Below are positions 52,700 through 64,000 of a stretch of 64,000 nt of DNA, one piece after another. Position 1 is the stretch's first letter. Each line of letters begins with the position of its first letter. Made by a program: the position numbers and the translations under genes. The notes under the pieces are model-generated. The model searched no databases. It was not told the origin of the DNA and worked only from the letters and a program-made list of their open reading frames with translations. Source of the DNA: Sminthopsis crassicaudata. Its lineage: Eukaryota. The stretch lies in the NCBI RefSeq assembly GCF_048593235.1, contig NC_133619.1:651474558-651538557 (forward strand), read 5' to 3'.

Positions 52700-53945
52700 G
52701 TAATCTGTAAAATATCTTCCAGCTTTAAATCAGTGACTGTTATTCGTGTCTGTCTTCACCACTGTACCCCAAAGCTCTTCTCCCACCCTAACCCTCTTCT
52801 CTTTTTTATGCTTTCTTACTTGGTGACATCATCTTTCATGCGTTTAATTTTAAGCAGATGACTCCCTGAGCTGTGTATGAGAACTGTCTCCAATTACTCG
52901 GCTTTGGCTGCACGGGGTGTCTGGTAGGCACTGAAGATTCAACACGTGCAAAACAGACCTCCTTCCCCCAAACCCAGCCCTCTTCCCAGCTGCCCTATTT
53001 TTACTGAAAGCATCACCATCCTTCCAGTCACCCAGGTTTCCAACCTTGGAGTCCCTCTCAGCTCTTCCCTCTCTCACTCCCACATAACCAATCAATTGGC
53101 AAATGTTTCTTCCATTTTCGCAGCATTTTCCCCATCTGTGTCTTCCCTCTACTCGCACAGCCCCCGCCCTCCTTCAGGCCCTTAGCCTCTCTTGCCAAGA
53201 CTCTCTCCTTAGTCTCCTAATTGATCTCTCCCACTTCAAGTCTCTCCCTCTTCAATCTATATTCTACATAGCAGCCAAAGAGATCTTCCTGCACTAAACA
53301 AATTCCGAAGGCTATTTATTGCCTTTAGGATCAAATATCACAGGGTCATGGAATTGGAGATTTGGAAGAGCCAGCTCAGCTCGGATGCCGGTGAGCGCAT
53401 GTAAACTCTTTGTTTTGCTTTTAAAGCCCTTCACCAGCCAGCTTCGGCCTACCTTTCCAATCCTGCTATATATTATTCATGTACAACAGGGAACTCTGAG
53501 GTCCAGAAAAACCAGGCTTCTTGGTGTTCCTCACATACAACCTTCCATTTCTAGTCTCAGTGCCTTTGAACTGGCCAGAATCCACATCTTCATTTCTCTC
53601 TCTCAAAATCCCATATTGGGAAGGTACAGTGAATAGAACACCACTTCTTGAAGGCAGGTAGACCTGAGTTCAAATCTAGCCTCACTTACTAGTTGCATGA
53701 CCTGAACAAGTCACTTACTCCCAATTTCCTCCAAAAAAATTTAAATCCTCTTCTCTTCAAAATTCAACCCAAGCCAATATCTTCTATGGGAAACTTCACT
53801 TCCCTGATCATTCTTCATCTGCTAATTTGTATATATTTATATGTGTACATGGTGTCTCTGCCTCCCCCAGACTAAGTTCCGTGAGGATGGTGACTTTTTT
53901 TATTTTTGTATCCAAAGCATTTAGCCATCGTGTCTGAAACAGCAA
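52700..53945 (+). mobile_element. LINE-2 remnant with inserted MIR/CORE-SINE fragments
   Basis: L2-like CATCACCATCCTTCCAGTCACCCAGG and tail motifs; SINE-like AGACCTGAGTTCAAATC at about 53660. Confidence 0.55.
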
Positions 53946-53984
53946 TAAAAAAAAAAAGCTTTTCGGTTTTCATCCACTGTGTTT

Positions 53985-54640
53985 GCGGCCTTTCCCAGCT
54001 TTGTTTCATCTGCAAATCTAATAGATAAAGACATGAGTCTTTAACCAAGTCATTAATACAAATATTCTCTAGAATAACTCATGCCTATTGTCTGGGAGTG
54101 TTCTGAAAACTTTTCTGTCGAGTACAGTCTAGTCCATATCTCTTCATGTAATCAGGTGCATGAAAGACTGTAATCTTGGTTAACTTCCTCGTTGTATTCC
54201 TCAAATTTACTCACAGGATAACTTTGTCAAAGAAGGAAATAAGAATAAGCCTGGCAGGGAATAGTCTTGGGGAAGCCATGAGGCTCTGTCACCACTGCTT
54301 CCTGTTCAGAACGTTTATTAACAAAGTCTTCAATAAGAGATAGAATCTGGATAGGAGTTAAAGTCAAGCTCACTGGCCATTTTCTTTCTGTGTTGGAAAT
54401 GGGGATGTTTGCCCTTCTCCGGTCCCCTCCATCCGGCCTGTTAGCCAGCATTCATGTTTATCATACAACATGTGGTTCTTGCGGCATTGTGGGATATTGT
54501 TCGTCTGCACAGTGACTTGGAACTCGTCAAAGGCTACTTGGCATTCTCACCATCTCCTCTCCTTATCTTGGATTTCAATAGCCTATTAGCCAATTTTACT
54601 CTATTCTTTGCAAGTCAAGATCATTCTCTTTCATGAGGCA
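53985..54640 (-). mobile_element. CR1/L3 LINE remnant (reverse transcriptase region)
   Basis: The minus strand retains degenerate RT motifs resembling IFINDL (about 54040-54065) and RFAD (about 54003-54020). Confidence 0.65.
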
Positions 54641-56079
54641 AATGGAACAAAAATTTTAAAAATGGAGTAACTTCCCCACACACAGCCCCAGCCCCTTCTT
54701 CATGCATTATCACTATTGTGATGAGCAGTGACCTCACTCCTTCCTCACTCCTCCTCTAGGTAGAAAGTCCTTCTCCTCTGTTTTAGCATTTATTGTTCCC
54801 TCTCTCAAACAATTTTATCCTCCTCTTTGGCGTTTCCTCTATCTTCCCCTTGCTTCTTCAGAATTTGCTCCTCTGGAGCCCGCTAGGCCACTTGTACAGT
54901 TTTATGCATAGAGACGACTCCTATTCTTTGAACCATTTTTGATCTGTCCTTTCCAATCCAGAGCACCAGCTTCTAGCTCGCTTTCTTGGCTATCACAAGT
55001 TCTGAGATGGCGCAGGGACTTGCCCAGCCCCCTCCCCAAGACTGCTGGGATTTCTGCTCCACTTTGGGAGGGTCGCTTCCAGGACAACCCTTCCTCTCTG
55101 CTCCTACTTTGCCACTTGGCAGAGAGGTTTCCTGGGCCATTCACTTCCTCCTCCGGGTCTGGATGTCCGGGAAGAAGTCGGAGGTTCCTGCACCGCCCAG
55201 AGCGCAGCCCAAGGTTTGGGGCCCCTGAGGGCCCAGGCTCGCTGACAGGAGGCTAATTCTCGGTCTGAGCGGCACCCTCCTGCTAGAGGCTGAGAGGGGT
55301 CACCCACGGACAGTCACCTCTCTTTCTCCATGAGGGAACACTGAGGCCGGACCCAGCCCGGGACAAACTCTTAAGCCGTCCCCGGCTAGATTTTGCCACT
55401 GAAACTTTCCGGGGTCCCCCTGCTCCTCGATCCTGCGGTCTCCCCACCAGCAATGTGACCTTCCACCTTGGAGCCCACCCTGCAGGATGCTGCCCTGACA
55501 CACACACCAGCTCTTGGCTGGCAGCTGAACCCCACAAAATCCCTTGCCTTGGCTCACTCCCCAGATTCATCCCTTAAGGACATCTTCCTGAGACTCATTA
55601 GAGGCCATTTCTTCTGAATTTACATGCCAGGCAACTGAGGCCAAGAGAAGGTAACCTCTCACCTAAGAGTAAAAACGTTTCATTTTTCTGGGAACGGAAT
55701 CGGGGTTCAATGGAACAAAGGTTTGGGCCCAAGGTGACACAATTCCAAAGTGGGGCCCCCAGGCTGGGGCCATTCCCCATGCCTTGCCAGGCTCTGCCCC
55801 GTGCCTTTGCCTCACCCATGCCCACTGTAGTGCCTGGCTCTTCTTTATCACCGGGCCTACCTTGCTTTGTCCTCCCTAGAAGGGTCCTCGCGGGGGGCAA
55901 GCACAGTAGGGGGCTGCTTTCTTCCCCCATTCTCCCTTTTTTTGCTGTCCAGGACCCAGTACTCCCCCCACAGTGAGCTGCCTTTCCCCACCAGTCAGGA
56001 CCCACCTATCCCCTGAACCCCAGGGCCTCTGAGGCCCTGCCCATGCCCCACCCAGCCCCCCACGGGAAGGTTTAGTTAC

Positions 56080-56150
56080 CCACTTTCTGGCGAAGGGCTG
56101 GCGGGTCTGGGGGTTTGGCTGTCTGCCCCCTGGCTCTGCCTGACGTCCAT
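56080..56150 (-). CDS. KASH5: Candidate KASH5 start exon (MDVRQSQGADSQTPRPASPSPES)
   Basis: Strong acceptor tcctctctctgcttacag at 56193, ATG with +4G at 56150, donor GG|gtaact. It ends in phase 2 while the next identified exon needs phase 1, so an intervening exon is required or the call is wrong. Confidence 0.35.
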
Positions 56151-56549
56151 GGAGGCCGAGGGGGGCCAGCTCAGGCGGTGGCTGCTGTTTCCCTGTAAGC
56201 AGAGAGAGGACTGAGACCTGAGCCAGCCCCGCCTGCCCCCCAACATTTTAATTACTGAGTCTAGATCATTATCCAGAGCCTGTTCCCCTTCTCCCCCGGC
56301 GCCTGGGGCCTGGGCTGGGCTCCCTCACGGGGGCCACAGAGGCCTTTCACCCACAGGATTGGCGGTTCAGCTCCCCAGGACCTCCTTGAAGGATCTGGGA
56401 GCTGAGGGGGGCAGCTCTAAGAGTCTTTGGGATGTTCAGCAACATTTTGGGCCATTTCTGACAAAGTTTGCCTTGGGGAGGGTCCTCTCTCTGACCAGCT
56501 CTGGTGCCTGACAAGACTGGGGGTCAAAACAGGCTGCAGGATTTCACCA

Positions 56550-57840
56550 ACACTATTGGGGTCCTTTCTAACATGGCTAGCAGCCTCTCTGACAAGCTTG
56601 GGAGGCACTTTCTTCCAGGGTTTGGGGGATTCTTTCTCACAAGGCTGGGGGTTTTTTCTCACAGGATTTGGGGGTCACTCTCTGACAGGCTTGGGAGTTC
56701 TGACAAGTTTGTGGGAGCCTCAGTGTTTGGGGAACCCTTTCTCAAAGGGTTCCTTTCTCACAGGGTTTGGGGGAATCCTTTCTCACAGGGTTTGGGAGCA
56801 CTTTCTCACAGGGTTTGGGGGATCCTTTCTCACAGGGTTTGGGGAGCACTTTCTCACAGGGTTTGGGGCTCACTCTCTGACAGGCTTGGGAGTTCTGGCC
56901 GGTTTGTGGGAGCCTTTCTCAGTGTTTGGGGAGTCCTTTCTCCCAGGGTTCCTTCTCCCAGGGTTTGGGGGCACTTTCTCACAGGGTTTGGGGGTTTCTT
57001 TCTCACAGGGTTTGGGGAGCACTTTCTCACATGGTTTGGGGGTTTATTTCTCATAGGGTTTGGGGGTTTCTTTCTCCCAGGGTTTGGGGGCACTTTCTCA
57101 CAAGGTTTAGGGAACACTTTCTCACAGAGTTTGGGGAGCACTTTCTCCCAGGGTTTGGGGAGCACTTTCTCACAGGGTTTGGGGGATCCTTTCTCACAGG
57201 GTTTGGGGAGCACTTTCTCACAGGGTTTGGGGCTCACTCTCTGACAGGCTTGGGAGTTCTGGCCGGTTTGTGGGAGCCTTTCTCAGTGTTTGGGGAGTCC
57301 TTTCTCCCAGGGTTCCTTCTCCCAGGGTTTGGGGGCACTTTCTCACAGGGTTTGGGGGTTTCTTTCTCACAGGGTTTGGGGAGCACTTTCTCACAAGGTT
57401 TGGGGAGCACTTTATCACAAGGTTTGGGGAACACTTCTCACAGGGCTGGGGAGCACTTTCTCACAGGGTTTGGGGAGCACTTTCTCACAGGGTTTGGGGG
57501 TTTATTTCTCACAGTGTTTGGGGGTTTCTTTCTCACAGGGTTTGGGGAGCACTTTCTCATAGCATTTGGGGAGCACTTTCTCACAGGGTTTGGGGAGCAC
57601 TTTCTCACAGGATTTGGGGAGCACTTTCTCACAAGGTTTGGGGAGCACTTTCTCACAGGGCTGGGGAGCACTTCTCACAGGGTTTGGGGAGCACTTTCTC
57701 ACAGGATTTGGGGCTCACTCTCTGACAGGCTTGGGAGTTCTGGCCGGTTTGTGGGAGCCTTTCTCAGTGTTTGGGGAGTCCTTTCTCCCAGGGTTCCTTC
57801 TCCCAGGGTTTGGGGGCACTTTCTCACAGGTTTGGGGCTC
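56550..57840. repeat. About 24-bp tandem array (about 50 units) with higher-order blocks
   Basis: (CAGGGTTTGGGGAGCACTTTCTCA)n. A variant block TCACTCTCTGACAGGCTTGGGAGTTCTG recurs at about 56675, 56870, 57234 and 57714. Confidence 0.95.
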
Positions 57841-57899
57841 CCTCTCTCCCGGGAGGTCTTAGGGTACCCGGCTCCCCTTCTCTCTGACAATCACGGTGA

Positions 57900-58860
57900 G
57901 GAGCTCGCCCCTTGAAATTTGGGCTTCGACAACTGGCGGGAAGCCGGGGGCCGGTGCGGGGCGCCGCGCCTTTTCCCGCCAGAATCAGCAGGCCTAGGGC
58001 GTAGAAGCGGCGGCTCTCGTGAGTACGCATGCGCCTTGCGTTCACTATGCCCCTGCCCCTCAGGCGCCCCGCCCTCGAGGCAGGGCGCAGGCGCACGAAT
58101 AGAACAACCGTTGCCAAGATATGCGCGTGCGTCGCGGCCAAAGTTTCACGCCTGCGCATAGACCCTTCTTCCCAGTCCTGCTCCAGGGAGGGCGACCCCT
58201 GAGCTGGGCGGTTTGGGGTCGGCCCTTTCTTCACCCCTCCCCCTCCTCCAGCCAGGGGCCGGGTCTTGGTGGGCCTAAGCCTTTCCAGGGATGCTTTGGA
58301 ACGCGTCTGGGAGAGGCAGGGGAGGCTGGAGCTTAGCCACCCCGAGGCAGGAGCGCCCCCTTCCCTCCAGCAGGGGGGCCCCCACTCTTGGTAGCCACGT
58401 TGCCCGGGGTCCTCCCTGGACTCCCAAGCGTTGAATAAAGTCTCGCCGTCACGCCCCTCTAGCTCCGGTGACTCCCGGTCCCCCGGACGTCGGCTTTCCG
58501 GGGACTTCCCGGCTTTTCGCGCCCCCGCCCGGCCACGCCCCTCGGCTGCTCCCAGTAAGGCCCGGGGGCAGCAGCTCCGCCCTCGGGCTACGCGCGCCAC
58601 GCGGCCCGACGAAGGGAGCTGGGGGCGCCCCCAGAACGGCCAGCGCCGGGGCTGCGGGCACGCCTGGGAAGCCGCGGGGTCCCCCTGCTCGGGGGCGCTC
58701 ATCCCCCTGCCCCCGCTGGAGAACTAGGCGGGAAGCCGTGCTGAACGCCCCGCGCTCACTGCGGAGCTTTACATGCTCCTTTAGCCGAGAGGCCGCGGGC
58801 TGAAGGGCTCATCCTCTAGGAAGGGGGATGGAGCCCGGCTGGCCCTGCGTCACGTGCGCG
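57900..58860. promoter_or_regulatory. CpG-island promoter with germline/meiotic motif set, probably the KASH5 promoter
   Basis: E2F-type GGCGGGAA/TTCCCGCC at 57935, 57973 and 58727; NRF1-like GCATGCGC at 58027 and GCGCAGGCGCA at 58085; MYB CAACTG at 57930 and CAACCG at 58105; RFX-like GTTGCCAAG at 58110; E-box GTCACGTG at about 58849. Confidence 0.65.
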
Positions 58861-59531
58861 GAACCGCCCGCGGGGCGCGCGGGAGGGGGAGGGCCCTTCT
58901 GACCACAAGTTGGGAGCTGGCTTTGAGCAGCACCTGGTGGCCAAGCCGGTTACGGCGCCCCGCAAGGCGGTGCCGGCCGCCTCCCCGCCCACCCCGGCAG
59001 GGTAAATGCCGGCGTTCTGCGGCCCGCTCTCCTAGAGCCGCGACGCTGCGGACGAGATCATCCCCGGGGTTCTGTGCCCACTGGGCTCACGCACGTGCAG
59101 AACGCTTTCCAGGTGGGACAAGGCACGTTTGGGAGAGACGCGCATGGTAAAGGCCGGAGTGAGTCAGGGTGAAAAAAATGACCTGCTCCTTCCGCTCCTT
59201 TAGGTTACAATTTTCTAACCCTGAATCTAGGACAACGAATTTCCCATCCACACCAGACGCATTAAAATCTCAGAAAGGGGCCTCCCGGCCTGGCTTTCTC
59301 TGGCTGTCCTTGCCCAGGGAGGCTGATTCTAAGCTCGCCCCGTTTGCATGGCACCTGTGCCAACGTGGAAACAATCAGGAAGGCATGGGGTGGGACGGGA
59401 AGCCTAGTCCAAGAGCTTCCCTTACTTGTCTGCAATGATGCCCTGGGAGAGAAGAGGCAGAGGAGAGCCTTGCAAAGACGGAGCCTGGCTGGAGACGACA
59501 GCCCCGATGCCATTTTCATTGAGGATAGAAC

Positions 59532-59541
59532 TTTATTTATT
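59532..59541 (-). terminator. DKKL1 poly(A) signal
   Basis: Overlapping tttatt motifs about 90 nt after the stop. Confidence 0.7.
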
Positions 59542-59628
59542 TCCAAGGGGACTGAGGGACTCATGCAAGCATCCTCACCTCTCATCTCTGCTACTGCCCT
59601 CAGCCTGCCTGTCTGCCAACCCCGGGCC

Positions 59629-61590
59629 CTACAGCTGCCGGGGGGGCCTTAGCAGGTAGAGGAAATGGGCCCGGCGAGGTGCCGGGCGAAGGCGCAAGGG
59701 GACTTCCTCGTGGGCTCCCTCCCGAAGCCCGTCCCGGATGGCCTGAAGCCGGTGCCGTTTCTCGCTGAGCCAGCGGCTCCCAGCCCTGCTCTCACCCCGG
59801 GCCAACTGATGGGGCAGCCTGACAATCCAGAAGGCCACTTTGGGCTGGGTATCGCCGTGGAAGCCGCTCAGTCCAGGGCTAGGGAGAGTCTGGGATGGTT
59901 CATTCTCTTCGTCCTCGGGCACCTGGAATCAGAACCACAAGGTCTCTGAGTTCAAAGGGACTTCTCTACCTGAGCAGGAATCCTCCGAGACATCATCTTG
60001 AAAAATGGACTTTGGTTGGAGACTTCCTGCCATGGTGAGCTCACTACTCCTTGTGGCTAACTCAACTTCCTCCTTCCCTCTCCTCTCCTCCTGTCACCCA
60101 CTGCTCCTGGCCCCCAGCTAGCACCGTGCATTCATGGCGAGAGGGCCCAAGTTTCTTGGAGGCCTGGCTCTTGGACTCGGTCTCGATTCACTCTTCCACA
60201 GGAAGAGGTCTCCTGAGCCTTTCCCTCCTGCCTCACTCCATTGCTTTCAGTCTCATCCCTGCTTACAGACGCATGAACAAAGGGGAAGAGCAGCAGGAAC
60301 TAGGTTCTTGGTCTTGCTCTCCTGTGCTCAAAGGCAGTGTTTCAGTCCCCCCTGCACCCCCTAAGCCCCAGTCCCTTTCCATCCTCTTTCCTTGGAAGGG
60401 TCCAACACTGAAGTACACTGGGCAACAGAAATGTGTCTGACCTTCCAGTCATCCTCCACATTCCCTTCTGAAGGCTCAATGGCAGCCACCACCTTCTCTG
60501 AAATCATTACGTCTCCGGTCCGATTATCAGTCACCTGTGTGGGTACGTGTATAGTGTTGGGGGGCAGCAGAACGAACCCCACTCCCTTCCCCGACGCCTC
60601 TCCTGCCCATCAGCGAGTTTCTTTCTCAGCTGTTCCGGGTATCGGGGCTGCGTCAAAGACAGAATGCGACAGATTTGGCTGACTAGAGGCAGGGACATGG
60701 AATTGGGAGCCGAGAGGGCCAAGGAGGCTGACCTTGTCTATCTGGTGGTGGCTGTAGAGAGTGCTGTTACCCAAGTGGCGTTGTTTCTGGTCCTCATTGT
60801 GGTAATTGGCTGGGAGGCTCCGAAAATCCACCGAAGGTGTCATGAGGCTGTCCACACCCCGAAGCAGATCCTCCTGGGAGAGCCCCGGCCAAGCGAGAGG
60901 AAGAGGGGAAGCCACGGGCGGGTGGAAGGGAGCCCAGAAAGGAATATGGGGAAGGGGTGTAAGCCACCCAATCCCCCATGAGTTCCTCCTCCCTCTTCCA
61001 AACTTCTGACCTTTCTGCAGCTTTCCTACCCAGTCCTTCCCGGCATCCCCCCCTCTCGGAGCCTCCGTCCCTCCCATCTTTATCTCCCTTTCCTAGCCCA
61101 CCCTGTTTCCTTTGTATCTCATCCTTTCTCTGGGATCAAGTCATTTTAGCTGTGTCCCCCTCTTCTGGCCTCCCACTTTTCCTCCTCCCTCGGCCCTGCC
61201 TCACAATTGGCCAGCCCCCCCCAGATCTATGCCTTTGTGCTCCTGCTCCCCCATCCCTCCCTTCCCTCGATGCCGGTCCCTCGGACCCTCTGGCAGAGCC
61301 GGGAAACATTTCAGCAGCGCTTGTTGCCCGCCGGCCGCCGGGCCAGGCTGTGCCCCCTGCCAGTGGCCTCCACAGCTCACCCGGAGCAGGAGGCGGTTGA
61401 GGCTGCGGAGGAGGCTGTGGATGCCCAGCAGGCCCATGGAACCCAGCTCCGGCCCCTCGGAAGTGTCGGGCCCCCCGGGGGCGTGGCCGTGCCCGTGGGC
61501 ACGCTCCGGGACGGAGACGGGCGCCGCTCGGTCCTCGGGGGTAGCTGCCAAGAGCAGGAGCAGCAGCGGCAGCAGGGGCTGCGGCCACAT
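59629..61590 (-). CDS. DKKL1: Dickkopf-like acrosomal protein 1 (Soggy), about 245 aa
   Basis: Exons: 61381-61590, 60733-60873, 60442-60534, 59629-59922, all phase 0. Signal peptide, DFRSLPANYHNE, VAFWIVRLP, WLSEKRHRLQAIRDGL, C-terminus YLLRPPRQL. An extra short upstream coding exon cannot be excluded. Confidence 0.94.
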
Positions 61591-62575
61591 GGCGGGGCGG
61601 GGCCTGGGCGGGGGAGAGGGGCGGCGGTCAGAAGCCCCGCCTCCGCAAGCAGGCCGCGCCCCTCCCCAGGCGAGCCCCCTTCTCTTTCCCAAGCCGCGGT
61701 GGCTCCCGGCCCGGCCCTCGGACCGTCAAGTGCGAGCCGCCCCACAGAGGCGGGCTGCCGACCGGAGAACTGCCGCGTCCCCCGCACAACGGCCCCGGCC
61801 CGAGCCCGGGCGCTCCCGAGAACTTGCTGGGGGGGACCCCGCGCGGCCCGCGAGCCGGGCCTCGCTCCTCCGCCAGGCTCGGCCCTGCGCGGTGTCGGGG
61901 GGGAGCGTCCTAAAATCCGGCGGGGCCCGAGCGGCCCGGCCCTTTAACGTGCAGTCCTCCGAGCGGTCCTCCTGAGTCCAGGGGCCGCCCACCGGCCTGC
62001 CGTCCAGAGCCTCCAAGACCCCCTCCCCCGTGCCGCCCCCCGCCCGTCCCGTCCCACCGGAGCCCAGTCTCTTTAGAGATCCAAGGAGCGTGTCCAGCGG
62101 TCCGGCCCCGCAGCCAGGCCCCCTGGGGAGAACACGGAGGCCCCCGTCCCTCCGGCCTCCATACCCTGTCACCGCCTCGCTCCGCTTTCTCAAGGACCCA
62201 GTCGGCCTGGCCCCCCAGGCCCTTGTCTCTCTCAGACCGGGTCTCCTTGCGCAGGTACCGAAGACGGCTGAGCGTGTGCTGAGGGGGCGCGAGGGAATGG
62301 GCGCAGCTCCCACCCCGACTGAACTGAGGTCACAAGAGGCCCGCGCCGTCACAGAGAAGGCTGGAGCGCCCCGTCCCTTCGTTCCTAAAAGAACCCCCTC
62401 CTCTCGCGGGAGCGGCTTACTCTTCTCCGATCCTCCAAGGATGCTGTGTCTGAGAGACAGCTTGCACAAATGGGTAAAGAGCCCGAGGCGGGAAGACCTC
62501 TATTCCCAAAGCTGACCCCGACACATCCGGACTGTGTGACCCTGAACAAGTCATTTACCTCTCAGTGCTCTAGAA

Positions 62576-62710
62576 CAGGGTTAAACTTTTTTTCCCCAAG
62601 TTTTTGCTGACTCCCGGTATGCAGGTATATAAAATAGGTATACACACCAAACTTTATTGATAATAAGATCCCGTGTGAGGTGCAGAATCACTCTTTAATA
62701 AGAAACTGGG
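62576..62710. mobile_element. hAT/Charlie-like MITE remnant
   Basis: Starts CAGGGTTAAACTTTTT after TCTAGAA and ends AAGAAACTGGG before CTCTAGA. Confidence 0.45.
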
Positions 62711-63030
62711 CTCTAGACGATTGTAGAACCTCACTTTAAGATGCTGGGATTTAGACAAGACTCTAGAACCTTATTTAAGATGCATTTGGGTAACTCTAGA
62801 ACCTCTAAGAAGCTGGTGTTTAGACAACTCTGGGACCTCACTTTAAGAAGCTGGGGGTCTAGATGGCTCTAGAACCTCATTTTAAGCTGGGCTCTAGATG
62901 ACTCTAGAACCTGGCTTCTCTAGCAAGCTGGTATCTAGAGGACTCTAGAATTCAACTTCTCTTAAGAAGCTGGGATTTAGACAACTGTGGGAGCTCACTT
63001 TAAGAAACCGGGATCTAGACAACTCTCCAA
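62706..63030. repeat. About 37-bp degenerate minisatellite
   Basis: (CTGGGNNCTAGAYRACTCTAGAACCTCACTTTAAGAAG)n, about 8 copies. Confidence 0.8.
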
Positions 63031-63354
63031 GACTCTCATTGCAGGGGAGGTTTTCGCCTGCATCCGTTGTTTTCTCACCTGAGGGTTCCCTATACCAATA
63101 AAACCACAGACTCAGGCCCTAGCCCTATTTGTCCAGAGTGCCTTGTAGACAGTAGGAACTTCCTGTTTACTGTGACTTGGCGGGTACTGAATGCTCCAAA
63201 GTAGGTACAATGTGACGTCCTTTGTCCCTCCCCCAAATTCCAGTTCTGGAAAGGACCTCAGGGGCTTTTAGATTGAACCTGGATTTGAAGTCGGATCTTT
63301 GCAACACACCTGACAACAGCTGACTTTGCAGCCTGGGCATCTTTCCCCCCCGCC

Positions 63355-64000
63355 TTTTCTCAATAGTTTTTTATTTTCCAAATACATATATAGTTTTCAA
63401 CATACATTTGAGACTCTGTGTTACAAGTTTTTCTCCCTCCATTGCTCTTCCCCTTCCCTATGACAGTAAGCAAACTGATATAGGTTTTAAATATGTGCAA
63501 TCCTTTAAATATATCTCTTTATTTGTCATGTTGTGCAAGACAAATCAGACCGAGGGGGGAGGGAAACACAAGGAAACAAACAAAAAGGGGAAAATACTAT
63601 GCCTCCATCCACATTCAGACTCCATATTTCTCTTTATATATTTATTTGATATTTCCCATCTCATCTATTGGAATCGCCTTGAATCACCACCTCATTGTTG
63701 AGAAGATCAAAGTCCATCACAACTGATCATCACATAATCTTATTATTGTGTACAACGATCTCCTGGTCCTGCTCACTTCACTCAGCATCAATTCAAGTAA
63801 GTCTCTCCAGGCCTTTCTGAAATCATCCTGCTGGTTGTTTCTTACAGAACAATAATATTCCATTACCTTCATATACCATAGCGAATTCAGCCATTCCCTG
63901 ACTGATGGGCAGCCACTCAAGTTTCCAGTTGCTCACCACTACAAAAAGGGCTTCCACAAACATTTTTTGCACACATGGGTCTTTTCCCCTCTTTTATGAT
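63355..64000 (-). mobile_element. LINE-1 3' end (ORF2 C-terminal remnant and 3' UTR), continuing beyond the window
   Basis: CPSVREWLNSLWYMKVMEYYCSVRNNQQDDFRKAWRDL at 63717-63920 matches the L1 ORF2 C-terminus. T-rich tail at about 63355-63380. Confidence 0.9.

Noticed and set aside
56550-57840. Minus-strand units starting AAAGUGCU as a miR-302/372/520-like cluster
   Set aside because: These are direct repeats with no evident fold-back partner, so no pre-miRNA hairpin can be drawn.
56427-57915. Long ORFs (up to 329 aa) and a CRISPR-like look in the 24-bp array
   Set aside because: The ORFs arise from a stop-free repeat unit. There are no unique spacers or cas genes, and the DNA is eukaryotic.
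63030-63200. Possible LTR fragment with AATAAA
   Set aside because: No TG..CA termini, PBS or TSD could be identified by eye.
61900-64000. TEAD2, expected head-to-head with DKKL1 by human synteny
   Set aside because: No TEAD2 coding sequence is recognisable in the window. It may lie beyond the edge, so no call is made.

Overview
Very GC-rich mammalian genomic DNA. WSINE1-type and RTE/WALLSI-type SINEs and a marsupial-type L1 point to an Australian marsupial, probably a dasyurid. The window is orthologous to human 19q13.33. Eight spliced genes were reconstructed by hand with GT-AG junctions and phase checks: HSD17B14(-), PLEKHA4(-), PPP1R15A/GADD34(+), SLC17A7/VGLUT1(+), GFY(-), PTH2/TIP39(+), KASH5/CCDC155(-) and DKKL1(-). 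Two blocks that are about 0.5 Mb apart in human are joined here, near a 47-N gap. There are two N gaps (5942-6219, 23621-23667), several minisatellites, and L1, L2, CR1, SINE and hAT remnants. Most entries in the supplied ORF track are GC-rich or repeat artefacts, and many use GTG/TTG starts. Main leads: (1) the GADD34 inhibitory uORF keeps its Pro-Pro-Gly-stop ending, but its stop overlaps the main start codons (GGA-TGA-TG / ATG-ATG); (2) the VGLUT1 endophilin-binding polyproline motif is disrupted; (3) GFY has a 1-nt frameshift just before its TM helix; (4) an orphan ZNF143 promoter sits at the synteny join and TULP2 is not seen; (5) MSR1-like minisatellites occur in a marsupial; (6) a 24-bp array rich in CSL and miRNA-seed motifs lies beside a germline-type KASH5 promoter. 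Comparisons to human and mouse are from memory and need alignment to confirm.
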